A stretch of DNA of 63,016 nucleotides, counting the filler, from Octopus bimaculoides (taxonomy: Eukaryota): assembly GCF_001194135.2 (NCBI RefSeq). It is 5 parts of 5 records of this genome, joined end to end, with 100 filler letters (N's around TTAATTAATTAA, not from the genome) between each part and the next. Parts side by side here need not be neighbours in the genome. Positions count along the whole stretch, not along the records: positions 1 to 28,976 come from NC_068981.1; positions 29,077 to 34,943 come from NC_068995.1; positions 35,044 to 41,422 come from NW_026393020.1; 2 more parts are not named here. One strand, 5' to 3'. This document shows, one piece after another, positions 24,249 through 36,742 of the stretch (within the stretch, counting starts at the first letter, position 1; each line of letters starts with the position of its first letter). Made by a program: the position numbers and the translations under genes. The notes beneath the pieces were generated by a model. That model was not told the DNA's origin. It made no database searches and saw nothing but the letters and a program-made list of their open reading frames with translations.

Positions 24249-25875
24249 TGTATGTATGTATGTCATTATGAATCATCACTCTCATGCTCTATGAGACAAT
24301 GAACATCTACATAACAAAATGTCCAAGATCGTAAAGAACGAAAAATATACACAGCTGAATCTATACATACGTTTGAAAATGTTATAGAATAATATACATT
24401 CACGTGAAAGACCAAACATGAACTGTATAAGGATGATCGATATTTGTATCATTTTGGCTTTTATATATTTATTGTTTCTTATTNNNNNNNNNNNNNNNNN
24501 NNNNNNNNNNNNNNNNNNNNNNNNNNNNNNNNNNNNNNNNNNNNNNNNNNNNNNNNNNNNNNNNNNNNNNNNNNNNNNNNNNNNNNNNNNNNNNNNNNNN
24601 NNNNNNNNNNNNNNNNNNNNNNNNNNNNNNNNNNNNNNNNNNNNNNNNNNNNNNNNNNNNNNNNNNNNNNNNNNNNNNNNNNNNNNNNNNNNNNNNNNNN
24701 NNNNNNNNNNNNNNNNNNNNNNNNNNNNNNNNNNNNNNNNNNNNNNNNNNNNNNNNNNNNNNNNNNNNNNNNNNNNNNNNNNNNNNNNNNNNNNNNNNNN
24801 NNNNNNNNNNNNNNNNNNNNNNNNNNNNNNNNNNNNNNNNNNNNNNNNNNNNNNNNNNNNNNNNNNNNNNNNNNNNNNNNNNNNNNNNNNNNNNNNNNNN
24901 NNNNNNNNNNNNNNNNNNNNNNNNNNNNNNNNNNNNNNNNNNNNNNNNNNNNNNNNNNNNNNNNNNNNNNNNNNNNNNNNNNNNNNNNNNNNNNNNNNNN
25001 NNNNNNNNNNNNNNNNNNNNNNNNNNNNNNNNNNNNNNNNNNNNNNNNNNNNNNNNNNNNNNNNNNNNNNNNNNNNNNNNNNNNNNNNNNNNNNNNNNNN
25101 NNNNNNNNNNNNNNNNNNNNNNNNNNNNNNNNNNNNNNNNNNNNNNNNNNNNNNNNNNNNNNNNNNNNNNNNNNNNNNNNNNNNNNNNNNNNNNNNNNNN
25201 NNNNNNNNNNNNNNNNNNNNNNNNNNNNNNNNNNNNNNNNNNNNNNNNNNAATAACCGCATTTCATCATGAAAAAAAAAAAACGTTTTCTTCAGGGGAAT
25301 AAGGAGTAAAATTTAACATTTAGAACTTCTCACAAAATAGAATATAATGCAAGTTGACCCTAACAACTAGGATACAACTGGGTTACACTTAAAACAAGTT
25401 ACTCTCTCAGCTGTAACCTCGTTTGTAGAGTCAACTTGCAGTATGTCCTATTTTGTGAGAAATTCGGTATGTTAAATTTTGCTCTTCATTCTTCTGCAGA
25501 AAACGGGTTTTTTTATTTGTTTTTTTTGGGGGGTTTTTTTGCATGATGTAACACTGCTCATCTATAAAGAAAGCGTTTGAAACAACTATAGTGAAACTTA
25601 ATCCATATGTATTATTGTTTATCCTTCACCAAACTGCGAATATTCCACGCGTTTGGATCTGTAGCCTGTAGTCGTTTGTGGAATACGTGTAGTGAGTGTA
25701 CCCCTAGTGTGACATTGAATACACGTTGTGTATTTTATCAAGAATTGTGACTGTCTGCATAACTGGAGTGACAACTCCGTATTTAGTTAAATAATTACGT
25801 ATATGTCAGCACACGTTAGTGCACTGGTGCGCTATCCTTGATTCTAACTTGCTGCCTTTAATATTTAAATACCTG

Positions 25876-26094
25876 AAGGTGGCGAGGTGGCAGAAACGTT
25901 AGCACGCCGGACGAAATGCTTAGCGGTATTTCGTCTGTCTTTACGTTCTGAGTTCAAATTCCGCCGAGGTCGACGTTGCCCTTCATCCTTTCGGGGTCCA
26001 TAAATTAAGTGCCAGTTGCATACTGGGGTCGATCTAATCAACTGATCCCCTCCTCAAAAATTTCTAGACTTGTGTCGAGAGTAGAAAAGAATAT
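25876..26094 (+). mobile_element. SINE family B
   Basis: GGTGGCGAGGTGGCAGAAACGTTAGCACGCCGG...GAGTTCAAATTCCGCCGAGGTCGAC...AGAGTAGAAAAGAATATT. Confidence 0.9.
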
Positions 26095-26611
26095 TTGAAT
26101 ACTTGATTCTATCGGATCCTGAAAATTTTATGATATATACATACACACACACACACATATATATATTTATATATATATAGATATATATTCCTGTGTGAGT
26201 TAAACGTTGAGAAACCAAACTAAGAGATAGCACCTATCCAATATACTGCTGGTAGTGTATCCAATTATTTATAGTCAAGTCGCTAATCTGTATAACTCAT
26301 ACATGTGAGTGTATTCATCCTTTACAACTGAATAAATAGACATACTTGAATGTTTACTGGCTGATGTCTGTCGATTTTATATCCTCTCAGTTTTTTTATC
26401 TGCCGTATGTATGTGTCACTAAATTTTCTACTGAGAACATATCTTTTTCGTGGTTAGATGATTCGGCATCTATTTCTAACATATAGGAATCCACATTTGT
26501 TGGTCATTCCTCTTATTTTTGTATGTAATATAATTTTAATCCTCGGATTTTTTTAATATGCTAGACCACTGGTTTTAATTGATTAATATCAATTTCTACC
26601 CTCATTAATAA

Positions 26612-26664
<53 letters not shown>

Positions 26665-26668
<4 letters not shown>

Positions 26669-26885
26669 TTGCCACCTAAATGTGGCTAACTCTTAAGGGC
26701 TGATGCTACTGTAGCTTGTAGCCCCAGGAATGCATCTCCTCCAGCTGGCTATTCACATACTATCTGTGCCCTATCAGTATTTGCAAAGGGAAGTCATAGT
26801 TCCCATCTCCAGCCTGACGTGATACACACGGACCCAAGTTTCTGGGTATTGACCCGTCATCAGCGTATGACAACCACCTGTTGGC
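26665..26885 (+). repeat. Unclassified dispersed repeat Y, copy 2
   Basis: Homologous to 23801-24010; starts immediately after a (TA)n run. Confidence 0.75.
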
Positions 26886-27020
26886 GATGGGAAGTGATTT
26901 TCAATGCAAAAATATGTACCTTTTCCAGTGACGAAAAGTCACTGATCTCGAAAAAGTGGAAACAAGCAATAATAAATCTCTGAGCGAGGTATAAACAGTA
27001 GCTGCGCAACATTGTGAAGT

Positions 27021-27085
27021 ATATTTGCCACCTAAATGTGGCTAACCCTTAAGAGCTGACATTACTGTAGCTTGTAGCCCCAGGG
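27021..27085 (+). repeat. Repeat Y, 5' fragment (copy 3)
   Basis: ATTTGCCACCTAAATGTGGCTAAC..TTAAG.GCTGA...TACTGTAGCTTGTAGCCCCAGG repeats 26667-26730. Confidence 0.8.
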
Positions 27086-27089
27086 GGAC

Positions 27090-27172
27090 TCTTTTACTTG
27101 TTACACTAGATGACAGCAGCCATGATTGAGCACCGTCTTTTGTCGAATAAATCGTCCCCAGGACTTATTCTT
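27090..27172 (-). mobile_element. SINE family A tail
   Basis: Reverse complement of the family tail (CCCCAGGACTTATTCTTT; GCCATGATTGAGCACCG). Confidence 0.75.
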
Positions 27173-27197
27173 TGTGTGTGTGTGTATACATATATTA

Positions 27198-27246
<49 letters not shown>

Positions 27247-27937
27247 CATTATTATTTATACTATTATTATAGACGTCGTACAGTATACTATATCGTGAAG
27301 CTGTTGATTGAAGATATTGTGTCTACCGGGGGTTTGTACTGCTTGTCAAGTCACAAGGCCCTCTGACAGTACATTACTCAATATACGTGTAGTTCCAAGT
27401 AATGCCAACTTTTTCAATACACCTAGATTTTATTATTATTACTATCATCATATGTTGATACATACATACATATATATGCATACAGAAGTATCTACGTACA
27501 CACACATATATGCATGCGCAAATATCTCACAAGGTCTGTCACATTTTATGAATTAATTAGATAATTCTCTTACAGTAATGAGATAAGATAATATATCACC
27601 AGTTCAGATCGGTTGCTCAGATTCATGAAATATCCGATCGATGAATGCCGGGGAATGTATATATACGGTGAACTGCAATAAAGGAACATGTCTGCTAGAA
27701 GTACAGAGATGTCGATACAAGGATTAACTAAATAGAACATTAAAAAACATTATTGATGTTTCCTCGTGGATTGTTGATGTGACTGATTGTTATTCTAGTG
27801 GGAAAATATCACACTGTACGCAATATGTTTGAAAATGACTGCAAAGACTAGGTCGAGAAGAAAGAGATACAGGCGAAGATAAACAAGCTTAAAACAAATA
27901 TGCTAAGAGAGTATATATATATAAAAGCAGCCAAAAA

Positions 27938-28085
27938 CTGATGAAGGGTTGTTCTTTATGTTTGATTTATTTTCCATTTGTGTCTTTCGTTGTTCGAAAG
28001 AATAGTTCATGTTCCATGTACTCGTGCTTCGTACTTTTTTGCTGTACCCATTTCATGACGTCCTCTGCCCACATATGCACATATA
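27938..28085 (+). repeat. Repeat X-related variant
   Basis: CTGATGAAGGG...TTTCCATTTGTGTCTTTCGTTGTTCGAAA...; similar to 45830-46055. Confidence 0.55.
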
Positions 28086-28892
28086 TATATATATATATAT
28101 ANNNNNNNNNNNNNNNNNNNNNNNNNNNNNNNNNNNNNNNNNNNNNNNNNNNNNNNNNNNNNNNNNNNNNNNNNNNNNNNNNNNNNNNNNNNNNNNNNNN
28201 NNNNNNNNNNNNNNNNNNNNNNCTTATAAGTATAGACGTAAGTATGTAATATATGTCTATGATTGAACGCCACGCATCCCCCTCTAAGTAAGTTTTATCT
28301 TAATAATTCTGATGCGCACTCTATACGATCTTTTTACTCATTCCTTTTTCTCTCATTTTCCCTCTCTTATTCTTTTACCTTCTCTTCTCCCACTATTCTA
28401 TCCTTTTGCTTTCTCTCCTTCACTCCTCCCTTGCTTACGTGGCTCCCACGTGATCATCGGCCATCTTTCTTTTCTTTCTCTCCATTGTAGCTGGANNNNN
28501 NNNNNNNNNNNNNNNNNNNNNNNNNNNNNNNNNNNNNNNNNNNNNNNNNNNNNNNNNNNNNNNNNNNNNNNNNNNNNNNNNNNNNNNNNNNNNNNGTGTG
28601 TGTGTGTGTGTGTGTATATAAATATATATGTATGTATATGTATATATATGTGTGTGTGTGTGTGTGTATTCAATAAGCATACTCGTTTTAAGCCTGCTTA
28701 TCTCCGCCTATATGTGGTAGAGAGTGGTTTAATTTTTAAGGTGTTAGATGCATGATCGTAGGATTGTGGTTGCGACGAAATGTCATCTCACCCGGGTGTG
28801 GAATATGTATATTCCCAAGTGAGGAATATATTTCCTGGAGGGAAAACCAGTACTATGATTCTCCCTCCACACACACACACACACACATAATA

Positions 28893-28953
<61 letters not shown>

Positions 28954-28976
28954 GTCTATCTATCTATCTATATATA

Positions 28977-29076
28977 NNNNNNNNNNNNNNNNNNNNNNNN
29001 NNNNNNNNNNNNNNNNNNNNTTAATTAATTAANNNNNNNNNNNNNNNNNNNNNNNNNNNNNNNNNNNNNNNNNNNN
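28977..29076. other. Synthetic assembly join: 44 N + TTAATTAATTAA + 44 N
   Basis: Exactly 100 bp; the same block occurs four times; the 12-mer has stops in all six frames. Confidence 0.95.
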
Positions 29077-29914
29077 GTACACACACACACACACATACAC
29101 ACATACACAGACACGCAGACACTCACACCTATACTGACATATATGTATGCTTGAATGCATGTATGTATATATATATGCTTGAATGTATGTATGTATATAT
29201 ATATATATATATATATATACATACATTGACAGAGGAGATAACTGTTCCATGAATGAAGCAATAATCACTGGTGAGTGATAATGTCTTTTTGTGTGTGATA
29301 ATGTCTTTCGTATTGGGGCAGCAGATATGTAGTATTTTTACTGAATGTCTATTAAAAGTCTTCCTCTATTTATGGATTACTGGGAAATGCTTATTTAATA
29401 ATGACAAGAATTTCATCACTATGCTAGTTTTAGCATTTAAGGAACAGTGTGTAAGTGGACCATTTTTTCCTTGGCCTATTTTTAGGTTTCATATTTATAA
29501 CTGAAAAGTTATGTGATGTCTTAACTTTGAAGCCGCAATTAGCTTGGGGCTGATTTATCAAATATTTCTTATGAAGAGGATAAATTAGACATCCTATTAC
29601 TGATGCTGACTATCAAATTTCTTAATACTCTATTCACATTCTTTCACTCCATACAATATACATATAGATATACGTACACACAAATATATATATACACGTA
29701 CACCACTATGGTACAAATAAATTGAACTTCAGAAGGCAATATATGCATATTAAAATAATAACATATTCTCTTATCTTTCCTGGGCAGGAATCATGTTTCT
29801 AATGGCTGCTTTTATTTTTCGTGAACCCTGTACTCAAATCCGGTTAGCCGGCTTCCATGTCATATAAGTGACCAAAACGTTTACATTCCTTTGAACGGTC
29901 CGCCGGTCCGCGGC

Positions 29915-30127
29915 AGAGTTCAAGGTCAGCATTTTTTGAGGGGAAGTGTACGAGTCGATCACACCGACATCAGTACTTACCTAGTACTGTATATCCTCGA
30001 CCCCACGAAGGGATGAACGACAACATTGACATCAGTGGGATTTACAGTCAGAACGTACAGGCTCAGAAGAAATGCCGCTAGGCATTTTATTCGCCCTGCA
30101 AACGCTCGTGCCATCATGCTGCCTTCC
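29915..30127 (-). mobile_element. SINE family B, diverged, minus strand
   Basis: The reverse complement shows GCGGCATTTC...TACGTTCTGA...TTCATCCCTTCGTGGGGTCGA...AGTACT. Confidence 0.65.
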
Positions 30128-30167
30128 TAGTTGCAGTAAACGCATATTATTATGCACACGCACACAT

Positions 30168-30535
30168 ACTCTGCCGAGGTCTACTTTGCCTTTCATCCTT
30201 TCGGGGTTATGTAGAAAAAGTACTGTTGGGGCATTGGAATCGATGTAATTTACTAAAGTTTCAGGCCCTGGACCTATAATAGAAAGAATTTATGGCGGCG
30301 AGCTGACAGAATCGTTAGTACGCCGGTTAAAATGCTTGGCGCTATTTCGTCCGTTTTTACGTTATGGATGCAAATTCTGCCGAGGTCGACTCTGTCTTTC
30401 ATTTTTTCGAGGTCTATAAAATAAATATCAGTTGAACATTTGGATTGATGTAACCGACGATTGATGTAACCGACATTTGGACTGATGTAACCGCTCTTAA
30501 AATTACAGGCTCTGTGCTTAGAGTAGAAAGGAGTA
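30168..30535 (+). mobile_element. Two head-to-tail SINE family B copies (partial 30168-30290; full 30293-30535)
   Basis: The first ends CCTATAATAGAAAGAATTTAT and is followed directly by GGCGGCGAGCTGACAGAATCGTTAG. Confidence 0.85.
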
Positions 30536-31139
30536 AAAAAAAAACAGAAACATCATACACACGTACATCACGCTCTTCAGAACTTCCACTAAAGAAACCG
30601 ATTTCAAACGTGTTACTACGTCAAAGATGAATTAGTGTCTGTTTACCAGCTGAGATGTTGCTAATTTTGAAAGCAGCATTTCTGTCTAAAACAATGCAGT
30701 AAAATAGATCATCTTTCGGAAATTTCACAATATAATCGCAAAGAAACTATTTATAACAAGAATAAAGATAAATACTTGACAGATTTAACGAGAATAACTC
30801 TTTGTATTAGATTTGAGCAGCATGATCATAAAAAAATTAATATATTTAATGTTCAAAGTCATAATAATATACACGTATAGGTTTCACGAAGTGACAAGAT
30901 TTTTCTTTTGTTCGCTGAAGACGGTGGCGTACGTATGTAAGCTTTATGTGCTTACGGCCTTTAGAAATACGGTTCTACATCTTGGGAATGGTATATATAT
31001 ATATATAAATGAACGTACATCATACCCCATCATTTGAGAAGAACAAAACAATATATGATGTTCATTTAATCTAACATCTATAATTTTAGTTCTCACACGA
31101 TATTCAAGATCTTAGTCTAAGTATTATGCTCAGGATCGT

Positions 31140-32117
31140 GTGTAGATATTATTTACCCGCTCCCTCAAAATTGTTGGCCTATTGCCAAAATTTGAAACCG
31201 ATATTATTTGAACAAAGTATGGCGGCGAACTGGTGGAATTGTTAGCATGCCGGACAAAATCCCGCTAAGCATTTAGTCCAACTTTATGGTCTGAGCTCAA
31301 ATTCTACCAAAGTTGACTTGGCCTTTTCATCATTTCGGGTCGATAAAATAAATACCAGTTAAACACTGGGGCCGATATAATCGATGTTACTTCCCACCCT
31401 TGAAATTGCCGGCCTTGTGCTAAAATCTGAAACCAGTAGTTTTGAATTAAATATGGCGACGAGCTGGCAGAATCGTTAGCACGCCGGGCAAAATGCTTAG
31501 CAACACTTCGTCCGTGTTTCATTCTAAGTTCAAACTTCAGCAAGATCGACTTTGCCTTTCGTCCTTTCGGGGTCGATAAAATAAGTACCAGTTGAATTCT
31601 GAGGTCAACGTAATCGACTTACGCCCTTCCCCGGAGTCACTGGCCTGGTAACCAAAATTTGAAACCATTCTTACAGTTCTTATTATTAAGGTGGTAAGCT
31701 GGCAGAATCGTTAACATGCGAGGATAAAATACTTAGCGGCATTATGTCCGTCTTTACGTTCTGAGTTCAAATTCCGCCGAGGTCACCTTAGCCATTCATC
31801 CTTTCAGGGTCTATAAATTAAGTACCAGTTGAGTATTGGGGTCGATCTAATAGACTATCCGCCTCTCCCAAATTTCGGGCATTGAGCCTATAATAGAAAA
31901 GATTATTTAAAGCTGGCCGAATCGTTAGCAGGCGGGGGGAAATGCTTAGCGGCATTACGTCCGTTTTTACGTTCTGAGTTCAAATTCTGCTGAGGTCGCT
32001 TTTGCCTTTCGTCCTTTCGGAGGCGATAAATTAAGTACCAGTGAAACACTAGGTTCGAGATAATCGACTGCCCCCCACCTCCAAATTTCAGGCCTTGTCA
32101 CTTTGGTAAAAACCAAT
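31140..32117 (+). mobile_element. Tandem array of SINE family B: one tail plus four ~230-bp units
   Basis: Heads at about 31221, 31455, 31690 and 31911 (GGCG..GAGCTGGCAGAATCGTTAGC), each with a B-box-like GAGTTCAAATT and the family tail. Confidence 0.92.
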
Positions 32118-32196
32118 TATTATTGTTACTGTTACTGATGACGCTGTTATCGTTGCTATTGTTTTTGCCGTTGACGTTACTACTACTACTACTACA

Positions 32197-32247
<51 letters not shown>

Positions 32248-32486
32248 GTTCACATTGTAATTTCTTATTCTCCTCCTTCTTCCTCACCTTCATCTTTTTC
32301 TTCATTCCCTCCTTCATCTTATTCATCTCCTTCTTCTTCTTCTTCTTCTTCTTCTTCTTCTTCTTCTTCTTCTTCTTCTTCTTCTTCTTCATCTTCGTTT
32401 TCTTCTTCAACTTCTTTTTCTTCTTCATCTTCTTCTTCATCATTATCTTCTTCTTGTTCTTCTTCTTCTTCTTCTTCTTCTGCTTC

Positions 32487-32531
<45 letters not shown>

Positions 32532-33250
32532 TCTTCTTCTTCTTCTTCTTCTTCTTCTTCTTCCTTTTCATCTTCGTTTTCTTCTTCAACTTCTTTTTCT
32601 TCTTCTTCTTCTTCTTCTTCTTCTTCTTCTTCATCATTATCTTCTTCTTCTTCTTCTTCTGCTTCTTCATCATCATCATCATCCTCATCTCTTCTTCTTC
32701 TTCTTCTTCTTCTTCTTCTTCTTTTTCTTCTTCTTCCTTTTCATCTTCGTTTTCTTCTTCATCTTCTTTTTCTTCATCTTCTTCTTCATCATTATCTTCT
32801 TCTTCTTCTTCTTCTTCTTCTTCTTCTTCTTCTTCTTCTTCTTCTTCTTCTTCTTTTTGTTCTTCTTCTTCATCATCATCATCATCATCATCATCTTCTT
32901 CTTCTTCTTCTTCTTCTTCTTCTTCTTCTTCTTCTTCTTCTTCTTCTTCTTCTTCTCCTGCTGGTGCTGCTGCTGCTGCTACTGCTGCTATTGTTACCAC
33001 GGTGACTACTGCCCTGCCTGCGCTTGTTTTTGTATTGTTACACAGTACTTTTTATTCTTGTGGTTGTTGTTATTGCCGTTGTTTCGTTACCAAAGCTATT
33101 GTTATTGCTATAGTTGTTGTTGTTGCTGCTGCTGTGGTGGTGATTTCCTTTTAGCGTTATTGTTGTTCTTGTTGTTGAAACTGATGTTGTTCTTGTTGTT
33201 GAAACTGATGTTGTTCTTAATGGAGCTGTTGCGACTATTGTTGTTGTTGA
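32118..33250. repeat. Compound trinucleotide array (CTA/CTT/CAT/CTG/GTT) with a ~175-bp higher-order unit
   Basis: The marker ATCTTCGTTTTCTTCTTC recurs at 32391, 32570 and 32743. Confidence 0.9.
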
Positions 33251-33539
33251 ATAACTCTAATCAGTACTGCTTCAGTAGTTTATAACACAAAAGATATTTA
33301 ATCAATTGAAATCTGTTTACTAAATTCTGCAGCTTCAGTCATACACAAACCCCTAAACAATATCGACCGTGATACCATAAAAAATATGCAGTCAACCCTG
33401 GCGGGGTTTGAACACAGGTCGTACGGGCATGAAACTAAAGATTGCAATACAATTTATCCAGTGCTGTTACGTTTGTGTCATCCATCATTGGACAACAAAA
33501 CCTCCACCACTAAGAAAAGCAACAACAACGATAATAATA

Positions 33540-33736
33540 ATCCTTTCTACTATAGGCACAAGGCCTGAAATTTTGAGGGGAGGGGGCCAGTCGATGAGAT
33601 CGACCTCAGTACGCAACTAGTACTTAATTTATCGAACCCGAAAGGATAAAAGACAATTCGACTCAGAACGTAAAGTGAGGCAAATTACGGCTAAGAATTT
33701 CTCCTGGCGAGCAAACGATTCTGCCAGCTCGCCCCC

Positions 33737-33738
<2 letters not shown>
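33540..33738 (-). mobile_element. SINE family B, minus strand
   Basis: The reverse complement begins GGGGGCGAGCTGGCAGAATCGTTTGC and ends TTTCAGGCCTTGTGCCTATAGTAGAAAGGATTATT. Confidence 0.88.
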
Positions 33739-33800
<62 letters not shown>

Positions 33801-34024
33801 TAATAATCATAATAATAATAATAATAATAATAATACTAAAGGTCTCAAATTTCGGTACTAGGCCAACAATTTCGAGAAAAAGTAAGTTAATTAAAGGTCT
33901 TACTAAAATTTCCGCACTCTATTCTCTCTTTTTCTATCTTTTTGATATGTGTGTGTGAGTGTGTGTACCTACAAAGCTGCCCCCACACCAAGAAAAGCAC
34001 GCACACACATACACACAAAAACAT

Positions 34025-34103
<79 letters not shown>

Positions 34104-34707
34104 TCTTGATAAAGCGAAAGTATAAACTTCATATTAACATTATATCTATAAAACTTTATAAATGTTAATTTTCGAAAGTATTTAAATATTATATCTACAA
34201 AATAATATAATGTTATAAAATACATAAAAATGTAACAAGTATACATTAATATTATGTCTACAAAAGTATGTAAATGTTATATCTATCAAAATATATAAAA
34301 GTTATGTCAACACTAACAGATGACTGAACAATGAATTTTTGAAAGGAATTCTGTTATTTACTAACTTATTCTTTGTAACAAGATAATTTATTTTACTCGT
34401 TTAGGTGAAATTTGTTTAATATAGAGCATTGCTTTCGTTTTGTAATGAAAGAGAAAGATGTCTACAAAACGTACACCTTCTGTAAGATCATCATTTTTGT
34501 ACGTATATATTCATGTATATATAGGTATGTATGTTTGTATGTTTGTATGTATGTATATATATATTTTTCGTGTTATACATATTATATACATACAAATTAA
34601 TATATTTGTATACATATGAAAATAGCGTATGCACGTGGGTATGTTTGTACATATGAATATCTATGTACACATACATACATACATGTGCACCTATTTGCAT
34701 ATATGCA

Positions 34708-34912
34708 TACTCTTCGAAACGCCTGTGTTATAATGGGGGCAGCTGATGGAGGAGATGTTCTCTATGTGGCCTGTGTGTTTTCTGTACTCGTTTATCATTT
34801 TGTTTACGCTTTGTTTACAATGTCGTGTACCCAGATATGCATCTATATATACAGATAGATATAAGTATGTACATACATGTACGTATATATGCATATACTC
34901 ATTTATTATTTG

Positions 34913-34915
<3 letters not shown>
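34708..34915 (+). repeat. Unclassified dispersed repeat X, copy 2
   Basis: TACTCTTCGAAACGCC..GTT..AATGGGGGCAGCTGATG...CTCTATGTGGCCTGTGTGTTTTCTGTAC...; matches 20636-20850. Confidence 0.85.
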
Positions 34916-34943
<28 letters not shown>

Positions 34944-35043
34944 NNNNNNNNNNNNNNNNNNNNNNNNNNNNNNNNNNNNNNNNNNNNTTAATTAATTAAN
35001 NNNNNNNNNNNNNNNNNNNNNNNNNNNNNNNNNNNNNNNNNNN
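34944..35043. other. Synthetic assembly join: 44 N + TTAATTAATTAA + 44 N
   Basis: Same 100-bp block as at 28977. Confidence 0.95.
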
Positions 35044-35168
35044 TCCCAACCACATGGTTCCGGGTTCAGTCCTACTGTGTGGTACCTTGGGCAAGTGTGT
35101 TCTGCTATAGCCTCAGGCTGACCAATGCCTAGTTAGTGGATTTGGTAGACGGAAAGTGAAAGAAGCAC
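35044..35168 (+). mobile_element. SINE family A, 5' part
   Basis: TCCCAACCACATGGTTCCGGGTTCAGTCC...GGATTTGGTAGACGGAAAGTGAAAGAAGC. Confidence 0.85.
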
Positions 35169-35397
35169 CCGGTCAATAATCCTTTTCTTCCTTGGCTATC
35201 CCCGAGCAAACACGCGAACTTACTTCGTCTCCACTTTCAAGTTCATACACACATAATTTTTCCCGTCTGGCCGTATAGCCTTTTCTGTTTGTTTTCCTGT
35301 CTTGTTTTTTGTCCGCCACTACATTCCTCCATGGCAAGGTTTAATTTGTGTATACAAATTTAATTTGCGGTCCATGGGAAGAGCCCTTTTAACGATG

Positions 35398-35660
35398 CGT
35401 CCAATGTCCTGTACCCAGATATGCACTTATACATACAGGTGGATGTCGGTATGCACATACCTGTACGTATATATGCGTATACTCATTTACTATTTGTTTT
35501 TACATGACCGAACGCAGCGTCACCAATTTGCAAGTAGTTATCACAACTTTATATTTTCCGACGCTACTCTATCTCTTTCTCTTTCTCTTCCTCTATCATT
35601 TTCCCCCTCTCGTTCTTCCTCTGTTTACTACTACGTATCTCTCTTTACCCCTCTCGTTCT
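35398..35660 (+). repeat. Repeat X, 3' part with internal ~42-bp minisatellite running into the gap
   Basis: AATGTCCTGTACCCAGATATGCAC...CATGA.CGAACGC..CGTCA...CCCCCTCTCGTTCTTCCTCTGTTTACTACTACGTATCTCTCT; reverse-complement match to 58516-58830. Confidence 0.85.
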
Positions 35661-36276
35661 NNNNNNNNNNNNNNNNNNNNNNNNNNNNNNNNNNNNNNNN
35701 NNNNNNNNNNNNNNNNNNNNNNNNNNNNNNNNNNNNNNNNNNNNNNNNNNNNNNNNNNNNNNNNNNNNNNNNNNNNNNNNNNNNNNNNNNNNNNNNNNNN
35801 NNNNNNNNNNNNNNNNNNNNNNNNNNNNNNNNNNNNNNNNNNNNNNNNNNNNNNNNNNNNNNNNNNNNNNNNNNNNNNNNNNNNNNNNNNNNNNNNNNNN
35901 NNNNNNNNNNNNNNNNNNNNNNNNNNNNNNNNNNNNNNNNNNNNNNNNNNNNNNNNNNNNNNNNNNNNNNNNNNNNNNNNNNNNNNNNNNNNNNNNNNNN
36001 NNNNNNNNNNNNNNNNNNNNNNNNNNNNNNNNNNNNNNNNNNNNNNNNNNNNNNNNNNNNNNNNNNNNNNNNNNNNNNNNNNNNNNNNNNNNNNNNNNNN
36101 NNNNNNNNNNNNNNNNNNNNNNNNNNNNNNNNNNNNNNNNNNNNNNNNNNNNNNNNNNNNNNNNNNNNNNNNNNNNNNNNNNNNNNNNNNNNNNNNNNNN
36201 NNNNNNNNNNNNNNNNNNNNNNNNNNNNNNNNNNNNNNNNNNNNNNNNNNNNNNNNNNNNNNNNNNNNNNNNNNNN

Positions 36277-36327
<51 letters not shown>

Positions 36328-36329
<2 letters not shown>

Positions 36330-36462
36330 TTGGTGTCTGTATGTGCTTCCCACCACCATCGCGTGACAACCGACGTTGGTGTGTTTACTTCCCTGCAAAC
36401 TAGCGATTCGGCATAAGAGACCGATTGAATAAGTACTAGGATTACAAAGAATGAAGTCTGGG
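36328..36462 (+). mobile_element. SINE family A, 3' part
   Basis: CATCGCGTGACAACCGACGTTGGTGTGTTTAC...AATAAGTACTAGG...TGGGGTC. Confidence 0.75.
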
Positions 36463-36742
36463 GTCAGTCTGAGGCAATATTGGATTATTGAGTCAGAATG
36501 TTGTGGAGTGTCTTTCGTATTGAAGTACGATAAACTGAAACAATAAAACCCTGGTTGAATGTACCATGTGTCAAGACGTACCTCTTTGCGGCAATGTAAA
36601 CAAGGTACACTTGGCCCGAACATTAGCCAGCGGTATACACCTCGCCTGGACATTTACGCTTCTGAGGTTCCGTTCGCTATGAAATATATGAAGCCTTTTC
36701 TCATCTACTCCATTCTGTAAATCTTGTGTGTATATATATATT

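Noticed and set aside
31140-32117. Regular repeat-spacer appearance suggestive of a CRISPR array
   Set aside because: Units are ~230-bp tRNA-derived SINEs in a eukaryotic context, with no cas genes.
32527-33000. 157-aa acidic ORF as a real protein
   Set aside because: Fully explained by GAA/GAT repeats, and several frames are open for the same reason.
35223-35330. Minus-strand GTAAGT donor preceded by open purine-rich frames
   Set aside because: No acceptor or recognisable peptide; strong donors occur by chance in 63 kb.
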